DNA of 64,000 nucleotides from Kiritimatiellia bacterium. Lineage in GTDB: Bacteria; Verrucomicrobiota; Kiritimatiellia; JAAZAB01. A program made the translations under genes and the position numbers. The stretch is from assembly GCA_040767085.1 (NCBI GenBank), contig JAXGPF010000005.1:311778-375777 (forward strand), in the 5' to 3' direction. Positions 21,550 to 30,912 of the stretch are shown one piece after another (position 1 is the stretch's first letter; the number at the start of each line of letters is the position of its first letter). Under the pieces are notes generated by a model that worked only from the letters and a program-made list of their open reading frames with translations, ran no database searches and was not told the origin of the DNA.

Positions 21550-22236
21550 TCATCCTTCCTGACGCGTGGCGGCTATTTTGCGAATCCGGCGCGGATTGAA
21601 TTCGCGTGTCGCAAAATTTAACGGCGAATCCATTAATGTGTCCGTGCCATCGCTAAACGACGTCGCGTCTTCAATCCGCGTGAATTCGGTAAGATTGTGC
21701 CCGGCCAAGTCTAATGCCGCCATGGCATCCTCGATGGAAGCCGCCACATTGCCGTGCACAATCGGCGAGGCTGGGATGCAGTTTTTGCGCCCGAACCAGA
21801 CACCCCAACGCGGGTTGCGTAATGCCCCGGCAATTTCCTCCAACACTTCTCGTGGCCCGGCCAGGATGACGCCAAACCTGGCATCGAGTAGGTATTGACG
21901 ACGCGATATGACCGCATCCTTTTTAATTTTATTTTCGGCGCTGCGGGTACCGCTAACCGTATGAAAGTCATCCAACCGCCTGATTTCCAGCGGCGGACGG
22001 GAACCGTCAGGCTGACGCCGGATTTCCAGTATTGTCATGCGCAAGGATTCCATGCGCGTCAAACTATTTCGCTCAGCATCGGTTCCTTTTGCTAGACCTT
22101 GCGCGGCGCAAATCATGCCGAGCAGTGCGCTGCGCGTCGGGTGTAAAGCCGTGGTGCGCCGCTGGAATCGGCTGGCGAAGCCAAAGCTCATCAGCGGCGC
22201 ATCCAGCATGAGCGCGAGATAAGATTGTTCAGACAT
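21550..22236 (-). CDS. cas5: Type I-E Cas5 (CasD)
   Basis: LDAPLMSFG...RRTT..HPTRSALLGMICAAQG, RQYLLDARF, FGRKNCIP. Confidence 0.95.
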   Translation of the reverse strand: MSEQSYLALMLDAPLMSFGFASRFQRRTTALHPTRSALLGMICAAQGLAKGTDAERNSLTRMESLRMTILEIRRQPDGSRPPLEIRRLDDFHTVSGTRSAENKIKKDAVISRRQYLLDARFGVILAGPREVLEEIAGALRNPRWGVWFGRKNCIPASPIVHGNVAASIEDAMAALDLAGHNLTEFTRIEDATSFSDGTDTLMDSPLNFATREFNPRRIRKIAATRQEG

Positions 22237-23380
22237 GTTTTAAAATCTCTCCGCAAAATTCATCCAATGATCTAACGAGCTTGGCAACTTCCGTGACTGA
22301 ATCGTTCAATAGTCTATCGGACAAGGCAACTTCCGCGACTGTTTTGATCCCCCAAGTGTTTTTTAATGCTTTGTGATGTTTTGTTAACTCCGTAATGGAT
22401 TCATCCACAAACCCGTTTTTTGACCTAACCGGTTTCTCGAAGGCATTAACGAGCTGTATCGGCTGACCATGATCCTTGACAATCCCCAGCACATACACTG
22501 GCCGCGTGTTTGCATTCATGGAATTCTTCCGTGCGCCAGGCACGGCCTGCAATGTTGCGCGGATAAAAGCGTCCACCACTTGCTTGTGTGCTTCCGGGGA
22601 AAGCGCTCCGAGATGATCGGCATCTGTCAAAAGATCAAGATTAAGAGCAGCGTAGCGGTAATAGCAGGCGGAGTTGAATTCCGCCGTGCCCATATTAGCA
22701 GCGCCAGCGTCATCCCCTTTTTGTTTTTCATCCTCCACTGCCGTCCAGAAATCAAGATCATTGTCTGATTTATGTGTGGAAAGAGCGTGACTGAACATTC
22801 CGGCGCCTTCCAACGTCACATCGCTAGCGTTGGCTACCATACGTCCAAAAATAGCTATGTCGGCAGCGTCTTTTGGGATGCCTTTCCCAAGCGCCTTAAT
22901 GGCAGCATCTTTCAACAACTTTGCATCAATACCGGACTTGTCCTGCCGCGCCTTGTGAACCCCCCCGGCTATGATTTTTATTTCTTCCGGTGAAAAATAA
23001 AGTAATGTGCTCGTTTGCTCCTGTTCCGCAGATGACTCTACATCCGCCGGTTTTTTCCCTTTCTTAGCTTTTGGCAGTTCTTTTGCCAAAAATAGATGAA
23101 GTACCTCTTCCGCGGTCTTACGTGCTTCCGACTGATCCCATCCGTACTGACCGACCAACGCCTTTGTTAAATCGTCGGCAGCCTTTCGTGTACGACTTCC
23201 CTTGAATGCGGTGTTATTGATTTCTCGCGCCATCTCCCGGATGGCGCGTTTCTGGCATTGGCTGGAGATGCGGGCACGGGTGCATCCGCCAAAGATGGCG
23301 GTTTTGGGCGCATTGACATCATCACGGTTGAGGCATGACACGGGGAACGACTGGAGAATATGGAGTTCGATTAATTTCAT
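22229..23380 (-). CDS. cas7: Type I-E Cas7 (CasC/Cse4)
   Basis: IELHILQSFPVSCLNRDD..APKTAIFGG..RARISSQCQKR, DIAIFGRMVA, CYYRYA. Confidence 0.97.
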   Translation of the reverse strand: MKLIELHILQSFPVSCLNRDDVNAPKTAIFGGCTRARISSQCQKRAIREMAREINNTAFKGSRTRKAADDLTKALVGQYGWDQSEARKTAEEVLHLFLAKELPKAKKGKKPADVESSAEQEQTSTLLYFSPEEIKIIAGGVHKARQDKSGIDAKLLKDAAIKALGKGIPKDAADIAIFGRMVANASDVTLEGAGMFSHALSTHKSDNDLDFWTAVEDEKQKGDDAGAANMGTAEFNSACYYRYAALNLDLLTDADHLGALSPEAHKQVVDAFIRATLQAVPGARKNSMNANTRPVYVLGIVKDHGQPIQLVNAFEKPVRSKNGFVDESITELTKHHKALKNTWGIKTVAEVALSDRLLNDSVTEVAKLVRSLDEFCGEILKHV

Positions 23381-23441
23381 GTTTTTATCCTCTTGCTTAG
23401 TTTGTTTTCACGAAGTTTCCCGGCAAAGATACAAAACGTTT

Positions 23442-24350
23442 TTATGGATGCAGGCCTCCTTTCGGAATTATTTCCGGCAAGCAGGTGTGGCGGCTCAACT
23501 TGTTACGCAACACCTCGTGAAGTCTCGGTTTATCGCGGGCATACAATGAAACCAGCTTTTTTTCAGCCTGCTGATAGAGTTTTTTCTTTTCCATCATGCC
23601 GATTTGATAATCGAGGTTATCCTCCATGCCCCAATATTCGATGTATAAGTCAAATTCCGGCAGGTAATAATCAGGACGGATGGCATAACCCTTGATTATG
23701 CGAAAGCGGTTGTCGTAGCGAAAAACGATGCCCAACGCCGCGAGTTCCTCGGCAATAATGCGCTCGCCATCGGACTGCACCACCGTGCCATTGCCAGCTT
23801 GAATTGTTTTATTCAATTCCACCTGGGTTTCCCAATTTCGGCGCTTAAGGAAGACTTCATCGAAGCAAATGTCACAATATGTGCGCTGAAAAGCCTTTTG
23901 CGACCGCGCATATTCATCGGCCGCAACCGGTCTGTCACACCGCCCACACTTATGCACGACGCCTTGTTCAGCGATCCGCACGGCTTCGCGGATGGTCTTG
24001 CCGGCGGCGATAACGGAGCGCTTTACATAGTCCTTTTCGGTCGGATTTTGTTGGAGGTCACATAAATCCGGCAAGGCGGATTGGGCCGCTACTCCAAATG
24101 CGCCCAACGCCTTAGCGGCATACTGTCGCACTTGCGGGTGCTGGTCTGCCAGCAATGGACGCAGCAAGTCCACCGACACCGCGGAGTCCACAATCCCCGC
24201 AAGCTTACCAACGGCAGAGGCGGCCAGACGGCGTACCAAGGGCGACTCCGACCGCGTAAAACCGGCCAATTCGGGCAGGACATCGGCGCCGGCGCTTTCA
24301 CCAAGCGCAGCGGCACGGGCGGCAAGTCGTCTTTCATTGGCAATATTCAT
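23442..24350 (-). CDS. HEAT-repeat + C4 zinc finger + PD-(D/E)XK-like nuclease protein within the Cascade operon
   Basis: PLVRRLAASAVGKL and PQVRQYAAKALG HEAT repeats; CGRC...CDIC; QSDGERIIAEEL...RPDYYL...YIEYWG. Confidence 0.75.
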   Translation of the reverse strand: MNIANERRLAARAAALGESAGADVLPELAGFTRSESPLVRRLAASAVGKLAGIVDSAVSVDLLRPLLADQHPQVRQYAAKALGAFGVAAQSALPDLCDLQQNPTEKDYVKRSVIAAGKTIREAVRIAEQGVVHKCGRCDRPVAADEYARSQKAFQRTYCDICFDEVFLKRRNWETQVELNKTIQAGNGTVVQSDGERIIAEELAALGIVFRYDNRFRIIKGYAIRPDYYLPEFDLYIEYWGMEDNLDYQIGMMEKKKLYQQAEKKLVSLYARDKPRLHEVLRNKLSRHTCLPEIIPKGGLHP

Positions 24351-24404
24351 AGAGAATATCCACACGACTTTTTACGCGTCTCGGATGACGCTACATCGCG
24401 TCGT

Positions 24405-25019
24405 TCAGGCAGACGGAACGATGGCCAGCAAGCCAAAGCCAAACCCCTTGGCAGAACCGATTCCCCGAAGGAAGGCGGCTTGAAAAGCTGCCGGATCTAC
24501 TACTGTCAAAACACCATCATACTCCACGGCATGGTGGAAGCCTGAATTCTTGCGTTTTTCAATTTGAAACCATTCACGCCCTTGCGGAATAATGCACAAG
24601 TTTTCCTCATTAACCGCGAAACCGGACTGCGCGGCCTTGCGCTTGATCCAGTCGGTCTGCTCCTGCGTAGTTCGTAATGGCAAACGTTTACGGCTGACGT
24701 TGTCGCGCTTGGTGGGATTGGCGCGCAGTTGGAAGCGATATTGCCGGTGCTTAAAAAAAGACTGTGGGATTTCACGGGTCTGCCAGGCATCAGCTATGGC
24801 GGGCCATCCGTCGGGGCGGACTGGCGGCCGCGGAGATACAATCAGAAGCCTAAATACTTGATCGCGCGTCCGGTGTTCAAGCCGTGTGAGAAAGTCACGC
24901 GGTTCGCCGGCACGATCAGGAAAAGCAGCCCAGACAAGCTGATGCCAGTCATATACATCGCGGATTTTCAACCGGGCGGCGGTTTCACAATCGAGGAATG
25001 CCTGAGTCAGAAATTTCAT
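24405..25019 (-). CDS. cas6: Type I-E Cas6 (CasE/Cse3)
   Basis: YDWHQLVW, FQLRANPTK, C-terminal GIGSAKGFGFGLL glycine-rich loop. Confidence 0.96.
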   Translation of the reverse strand: MKFLTQAFLDCETAARLKIRDVYDWHQLVWAAFPDRAGEPRDFLTRLEHRTRDQVFRLLIVSPRPPVRPDGWPAIADAWQTREIPQSFFKHRQYRFQLRANPTKRDNVSRKRLPLRTTQEQTDWIKRKAAQSGFAVNEENLCIIPQGREWFQIEKRKNSGFHHAVEYDGVLTVVDPAAFQAAFLRGIGSAKGFGFGLLAIVPSA

Positions 25020-25546
25020 AATTTCGCCTCGGTTGCGGGGGTGGTTTCTTCGGAATCCATCAAGTTGGCCGCAACGCCATCATCCGGCTCAGCGGCACCC
25101 CAAAACGACTTAGCCCAAGCGACTTGGACATGATCACCCCACCAGAGCAAGTCGGACAGAAGTTGAGTATAATTGACATGCATACCTTTGGCGTGCGCGG
25201 CGCGGACAACAGGTACAATCCGTTCGGGAATTTCATTGAAATCGCAGCTTAAAAGACGTTTTAAGCGACCCTCGAATGAATTATGTTCGCCTTTTAGTTG
25301 AGCTAATGTGTCCCCCAGATTTCCGGCGGAACAAGCCAACTCCGGCGCCATGGCCCAAAGCGCGGCAACCACCTCATACCGCCGGTCGCCGATGGCGTCC
25401 TTGAAAGCGCCCAATATAGGCCAGGCATTGGGACGGCGGGCTTCGCTGAGTGCGCCACGCAAATTGGCAAGCGCGCCGCGATCTTCCTTGTAACGTTGCA
25501 GGGAATGAACAAAGGCAACTGCTAGCGGATGTATCCTTGGGCTCAT
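25016..25546 (-). CDS. cas11: Type I-E small subunit Cas11 (CasB/Cse2)
   Basis: DRGALANLR, FEGRLKRLL, VNYTQLLSDLLWW...WAKSFW; position after cas8e. Confidence 0.9.
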   Translation of the reverse strand: MSPRIHPLAVAFVHSLQRYKEDRGALANLRGALSEARRPNAWPILGAFKDAIGDRRYEVVAALWAMAPELACSAGNLGDTLAQLKGEHNSFEGRLKRLLSCDFNEIPERIVPVVRAAHAKGMHVNYTQLLSDLLWWGDHVQVAWAKSFWGAAEPDDGVAANLMDSEETTPATEAKL

Positions 25547-27105
25547 GTTTCCTCCTCTTCGACGACGGATTGATTTTCATTGTTTTCGAGCGGCTTGAAC
25601 AACACTTTCAGCCCCTCACAATACGCCCTCATTTGGCGCGGGGTGTCATGCGGGCAGGCTAGTTCGTAGGCATCCCGGGCGGCGCGTGCTAATGCCCGTC
25701 CCCATTCTGTGCCGTGCCAGTGTTCCTTGCCGGAATTATCGGGGTCAAGCAACGCGGGGTTTTTTACTATAACCAGTAACAGTGGCACCTGTTGTTCAAT
25801 GGCGGTCCAGTAGTGTGCGGCGGCTTTTTGTTTTATTAGCCCGCCACGCAAGCGTGATTCAGGCCGGCGCAAATCATCTTTAATGGCGGCATGATAATCG
25901 GCAACCGCGAAATTGATTTTTTTGCCCCAGGATTCGGCCTGCGCCACGCCCTGCTGATAAAGTTGCCGGCCGGCATCGGCAAACATTTGCATGGGTACAT
26001 GTAAAACCGATTCGATGACATCAATTATATTAGTGGTTTTTCTAGGCTCATGAACGACCGCGCCGGCAAAAACATCGATGTCAAGATCATCTTCAATATT
26101 TTGTAGGACTAATGGTCCGCCCAGATGATTATTTTGATCATATTTTCGGACAGTTATAACATGCAACTCGCGCCATAACGCCTTGGCGACAGATCCCTCT
26201 AATTGCCGTCGTTCGTCATCCCGGTAAGCGGATTGGTAAATCGTAGCCATTGGATCACGCCAACCGCTATTCGCAAATGAAGGATAATCCAAGGCGCCAC
26301 CCCAGATCATGGAACGACTGTCCTGCAAATGCACCGCTCGCGATATTGGCACAAGACGCCCGACATATGTTTTAACTGCATTATCAACGGCCGGATGATC
26401 GCCGGGCCCATCGGGCATTAATTCCCAAACGGGATACCCCCACGCTTGCTTCAGCATGGATACTTGATCTTTATTGATCAAATTCATCCAGATGGAATCC
26501 AACAATGAAGTGCGATTTAAAATCATCGTGTGAACCATCTTGCCCGCCAAACCAGGCGATGCCGCGTTCCCCGCTTTTTTTGTCCGAACGCCCTTCCACA
26601 TGCATTCTGAAAGCAGCCCGCCCGATGAAAACAACTGAAACACCAGCAACATGAGCGCTAATTGCGCAGGCATAAATTCACGCAATTCACCGCCGGCATT
26701 GTCAAAAAGCGTCGGCGCGGCCCCAGTTGCCAATGCGGAATCAAGCTTACTCAACGAAATCAACTTGGTTTCATCCCTGGTGGCGGTGTTACTAACATTG
26801 GCCACCTGCAAAAACCGCTGGCCGTCACCGAAAAGTTCAAAGGCGTGTTTCCATTTGGCGAGATAATCGGCGGCGGCTTGGGGAAGTCTTTTTCGGCAAC
26901 TCTGCCACTCTTCGCGGTCTTTGGGGCCATCCAACGCGGCTTGGGCAATGCAGATCAGCAGACGCATGAGCGCAATGCGCTCATGCGGACGCACGGCCAG
27001 GTCGCGGATATTTTCGCCATGTTGAAACACATCCAGCAGGCTGACTTTGCCTGCATGGCCATCATCCCAAACCACCGGAATCCATTTATCAATCGTAAGA
27101 TTCAT
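25543..27105 (-). CDS. cas8e: Type I-E large subunit Cas8e (CasA/Cse1)
   Basis: MNLTIDKWIPV, ERIALMRLL, FELFGDGQRFLQ, DPM, ALWREL. Confidence 0.93.
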   Translation of the reverse strand: MNLTIDKWIPVVWDDGHAGKVSLLDVFQHGENIRDLAVRPHERIALMRLLICIAQAALDGPKDREEWQSCRKRLPQAAADYLAKWKHAFELFGDGQRFLQVANVSNTATRDETKLISLSKLDSALATGAAPTLFDNAGGELREFMPAQLALMLLVFQLFSSGGLLSECMWKGVRTKKAGNAASPGLAGKMVHTMILNRTSLLDSIWMNLINKDQVSMLKQAWGYPVWELMPDGPGDHPAVDNAVKTYVGRLVPISRAVHLQDSRSMIWGGALDYPSFANSGWRDPMATIYQSAYRDDERRQLEGSVAKALWRELHVITVRKYDQNNHLGGPLVLQNIEDDLDIDVFAGAVVHEPRKTTNIIDVIESVLHVPMQMFADAGRQLYQQGVAQAESWGKKINFAVADYHAAIKDDLRRPESRLRGGLIKQKAAAHYWTAIEQQVPLLLVIVKNPALLDPDNSGKEHWHGTEWGRALARAARDAYELACPHDTPRQMRAYCEGLKVLFKPLENNENQSVVEEEET

Positions 27106-29695
27106 CGTCTTCCTCCTCCATATTACGCCCTACCGCGCCGGCGCCAGCCGACCATTTTGGAATAACCACACCCAAGTCATCCCGATAGGTCAAGCCGGAT
27201 GCTTCACCAGTCGCCAAGCTTAAAAGTTTTTCGCCATCCAATTTACAGGCCACCATACCATGCCCATGCGTATATTCCCTCAGCCAGTCCGGCACTCGCT
27301 GGTGACGAGCTTCCACACACCAGCACGGCACATTCACCAGGTTGCGATGAATGCTCCGGGCGACGTCCAGACTGAATTTTCCGGTTTTAATTTCGCATTT
27401 CTCGCCATTTAGCAGTGTAAAGCGTGCACCGGTTCTGCCATCCCATGCAAAGATTTTACAGACAAGCAAAACTGCAACCGACGGGCATGAATTCCACCGG
27501 GTTTGAACACCTTCTTTATCATCAAACGCAATTAGCCAAGGATTACCAATGGAAATAGCGGCATTATGCAGTTCTTTACACCGTTCATCCAGTTTTACGC
27601 CCAGACTGCGCCAAGCCACCGGCTCATCATCCGATGGATCGGCATAAGTCGCCTCCAGCAGCGGGCGAATGTCGGCGGGCAAGTTAATTTCGGAATATTT
27701 CCGCCATAAATCAAATGTCCGCAACAGCACATACGGCGCATATACCTTCGCGCTTTTCCCGAAGGCGGCTTTGATGGCGGCTATATCCGCGGAGCGAAGA
27801 GCGGCGGCGGCCAACGCCGGTGAGGCAATCCACGCCTCCGGCACGTTACAACCGGGGGGACGCGGACGTGGGTGCCGCCAGAGCCGGCCAATGCGCTGGA
27901 GCAACATATCCGTGGGGGCCAGATCGGTGATCAATAAATCGGCGTCTATATCCACGCTTTGCTCGGCCACCTGTGTGGACACAAGCACGCAGCCTCCGGT
28001 TGGCCGGCTGGATTGTTCCTTGCCCAGCCGTTCCAGCCAGTCTTCTTCCAGTTGCGCGCGCCGGAACTGCGGGAAACGGGCATGCAGCAAGGCAATCTCC
28101 GGACCGCCAGCCTGGTTTTGACCAAGCAAGCGGCGATAAGTTTCCTGGGCATCGTTTACGGTATTGCGGATCCAGAGGACACATGCGCCGCACTTGGCGC
28201 GTTCAAGGCAGGACGCTTCTAATGCCGCTTGGGGGATGAATCGAAGATGCACCTTCTTTGGTGCATCCGGCGGCACCGGACACCGCACCAGTCCGCCATT
28301 GCGGACCGCTGAAATCAATGGATAATCCGCGGAGCGCGCCGACACAGTTTTCTCCAGCCCCAGCAATTTTTCCCGCCGGACGGCGGTGAGCGTGGCGGAA
28401 AGGATTATGACCGTGGCGCCTAATTCACGCAGACGGGTCACAAGCTGATCAATCAACGTTCCGGTGTAAAGATCATAGGAATGGATTTCGTCAAGAATGA
28501 CAACCTTGCCAGCCAAGCCATATTGACGTACGAAAAAATGTTTGGCCGCCACAACCCCAAGCAAGGCCTGATCCACCGTGCCGACGCCGAACGGCGCCAA
28601 TAGAGCTCGACGCGGCGAAGCAAACCAATCGCGGATAGTATAACTTTTCCGATCGGAATTATCGCCGGTAAACTCCGCGCCATTGACGATTTCAGAATCA
28701 TCCAACAACCATGAATTTCCATGCGTCAGCCGGACGCCAGCGCCTGGAATGATCCGATCAATAAAATCCGCCACCCGTTTATGAATCCGGTTGCTGGTGA
28801 CCTGGGTCGGCAGGGCAAAATAAATACCCGTGGCCTGGCCTGTGGCAAGTAAATTATAAGCGGCTATCAGCGCGGCTTCCGTTTTGCCGCAGCCCATGGC
28901 AGCTTCGATGATATAAACACCAGGATAACTGACAAGTTCAGAAAATACTTTCTGCATGGCATTAGGCAAAAACGGCGGGAACATGTCAGTAAATATTTTC
29001 CCCGCCAAACACGATACGGGCTGAAATCCAATCCGCTTAAGCTGGGACTCTCCCCGCGCGCGAATGGCGGCGGCATCCAAAATCAAGTCCGGCGGAAATG
29101 ATGCTTCATCGGACGCCAGCCAATCGGCCACAACAATCAGACCGGCATTAAACCATAACTCGCCACAATCGAACTTCACCGGCACATCTGGCAATGGCCC
29201 AAATACCTTCAACAATTCATCCATCAGGCGGCGGCGTTCCTCCGTCCAAGATTCACCACCGTCGCAAAGCTGATTGATACGATCGCCTTTCAACCTGCCA
29301 TGATGGGCGCCGACAATCGCTGCCCAGAAACGCAAGTCATTTTTCACCAAGACATCTTGGAGCGTCTTTTGACTGATTTTGGCATGATCGTCGATCAAGC
29401 CCGCAACATCGGCAATGCTTAAACCATGCTTTTTCCGCCACATCTGACATTTCACCTGAAATCCCGGCGACACTTTTCCGACATCGTGTAATGCGGCAAG
29501 CACAATACCGTTGTGCATTTTTAACAAATCGCGCAGCCACACCGGATGTTGCGCGGTTAACAACCCGGCGATAATACCGGCGGTGCGGCAATGCTGCGAA
29601 ACGGAAATGCCCGGCAATTCATCCGGCGTTGTCTTGGCCCAGCATTCCGTATATTTGATGTCGTTTCCCATCTCTAAATCGCACCCCCCCCCCAT
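27089..29695 (-). CDS. cas3: Cas3 HD nuclease-helicase (start at 29695 or 29671)
   Basis: WAKT, LHDVGK, AHHG, ADWLAS, AAMGCGKTEAA, DEIH, LSAT, QRIGRLWRH. Confidence 0.97.
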   Translation of the reverse strand: MGGGCDLEMGNDIKYTECWAKTTPDELPGISVSQHCRTAGIIAGLLTAQHPVWLRDLLKMHNGIVLAALHDVGKVSPGFQVKCQMWRKKHGLSIADVAGLIDDHAKISQKTLQDVLVKNDLRFWAAIVGAHHGRLKGDRINQLCDGGESWTEERRRLMDELLKVFGPLPDVPVKFDCGELWFNAGLIVVADWLASDEASFPPDLILDAAAIRARGESQLKRIGFQPVSCLAGKIFTDMFPPFLPNAMQKVFSELVSYPGVYIIEAAMGCGKTEAALIAAYNLLATGQATGIYFALPTQVTSNRIHKRVADFIDRIIPGAGVRLTHGNSWLLDDSEIVNGAEFTGDNSDRKSYTIRDWFASPRRALLAPFGVGTVDQALLGVVAAKHFFVRQYGLAGKVVILDEIHSYDLYTGTLIDQLVTRLRELGATVIILSATLTAVRREKLLGLEKTVSARSADYPLISAVRNGGLVRCPVPPDAPKKVHLRFIPQAALEASCLERAKCGACVLWIRNTVNDAQETYRRLLGQNQAGGPEIALLHARFPQFRRAQLEEDWLERLGKEQSSRPTGGCVLVSTQVAEQSVDIDADLLITDLAPTDMLLQRIGRLWRHPRPRPPGCNVPEAWIASPALAAAALRSADIAAIKAAFGKSAKVYAPYVLLRTFDLWRKYSEINLPADIRPLLEATYADPSDDEPVAWRSLGVKLDERCKELHNAAISIGNPWLIAFDDKEGVQTRWNSCPSVAVLLVCKIFAWDGRTGARFTLLNGEKCEIKTGKFSLDVARSIHRNLVNVPCWCVEARHQRVPDWLREYTHGHGMVACKLDGEKLLSLATGEASGLTYRDDLGVVIPKWSAGAGAVGRNMEEEDDESYD

Positions 29696-30888
29696 TACAC
29701 CCGCCGGGCGCCGTGTTTTTCCAGAATATTCGTAATCTTCCCGAGATCGGCGGCGTTTTTGACGTGGCGGCCGGCAATCAACACAAGATCCCAGATGCGC
29801 CCGTTGGGTGTCAGCACCCGCCGGGACGAGCCGGGCTCCTGGTTGGAATGCGCGGCGTAATATTTGCGGATGTCGTCATGCAACGCCTTTTCCAGGCTCG
29901 GCACAATTAGCCGCAATTCCAACAGCCGGATCAGGAACGCCTCGGCGGATACGCCGAACCGGTGCTTGATCCGATACAGTAACTCCGGCGTCCATTCGCC
30001 CGGGCGCAACCCCAACTGACGCACCGTCGCGCATACCGCCGATTCGGGCATGAGGAACAATCCCGCAAACCGCCGGGCCGCCCGCGCTGCCGTAAACAAC
30101 TTGCCGCGCCGGTCTTTGCCGACTTGCGGCCGCGGCAGATGCCGATAATAGGCCGGCGCATGCATATAAAGCCGTCCCAATTCGTAGGCCAACAGGTACA
30201 ACTGGCGTTCAGCGTTCAGCTTGACATCATCCAGGAAGATAAAAGCATTGGCATTTTTTATGTCATGGCAACTGATGCTCTCCACGCCGGGCGGCAGCCG
30301 GCAGAAAATCACCCGTAATCCGGCATTCTCGAACAATTCGAGATAATCGAAGATCACGGCGTCGCTGATGCCCAACAGACGCCGGACCTGCCCGCAAAGC
30401 CGCTGCAAACCCTCTTCCGTGCGGTCAGCCGCCAGCACCAACGGCAATTCGGCGGATTTGACGGCGTGGCTCATGTCTTCCAGCGCCAAAAAAGCGTCCG
30501 CCAGCTCGCTGGCCATCCCGCACAATTGATGCGGCAAACCGGCCAGTTCACGGCGGGTGCGGGCGGGTAAGGCGCAGGGACCATGCCAGAGTGGTTTTTC
30601 CGCAGCCACCATGTACGGTACGCCGGCTTCACGGGCAACCATGGCGTCCAAACCGCCAACAGGTCCATCCGCCGGCGGAGTAAAGAAAACATCCACCGGT
30701 TCGTCCAGGATTCGGGGAAGGGCGTGCAAAACACGGGCGCCAGGCAGATTGCGCCCTTTTTCGATGCAATTCAAAGGCCCTGGCCGCATGCCCAGCCGCG
30801 CCGCCAACTCGGCCTGACTGAGATGAGCGCGCAGGCGAACCGCGCGGATATTGGCGCCAACATGCTTTAACGAAGAATCTTTTGGCAT
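29695..30888 (-). CDS. XRE-family HTH fused to an ImmA/IrrE (peptidase M78)-like domain with degenerate HEXXH
   Basis: IRAVRLRAHLSQAELAARLGM...IEKG HTH; ERQLYLLAYELGRL; FAGLFLMP; HRFGVSAEAFLIRL. Start may be 30888 or 30900. Confidence 0.85.
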   Translation of the reverse strand: MPKDSSLKHVGANIRAVRLRAHLSQAELAARLGMRPGPLNCIEKGRNLPGARVLHALPRILDEPVDVFFTPPADGPVGGLDAMVAREAGVPYMVAAEKPLWHGPCALPARTRRELAGLPHQLCGMASELADAFLALEDMSHAVKSAELPLVLAADRTEEGLQRLCGQVRRLLGISDAVIFDYLELFENAGLRVIFCRLPPGVESISCHDIKNANAFIFLDDVKLNAERQLYLLAYELGRLYMHAPAYYRHLPRPQVGKDRRGKLFTAARAARRFAGLFLMPESAVCATVRQLGLRPGEWTPELLYRIKHRFGVSAEAFLIRLLELRLIVPSLEKALHDDIRKYYAAHSNQEPGSSRRVLTPNGRIWDLVLIAGRHVKNAADLGKITNILEKHGARRV

Positions 30889-30912
30889 GCCGAACATCAT
30901 GCATGTTTTTAT

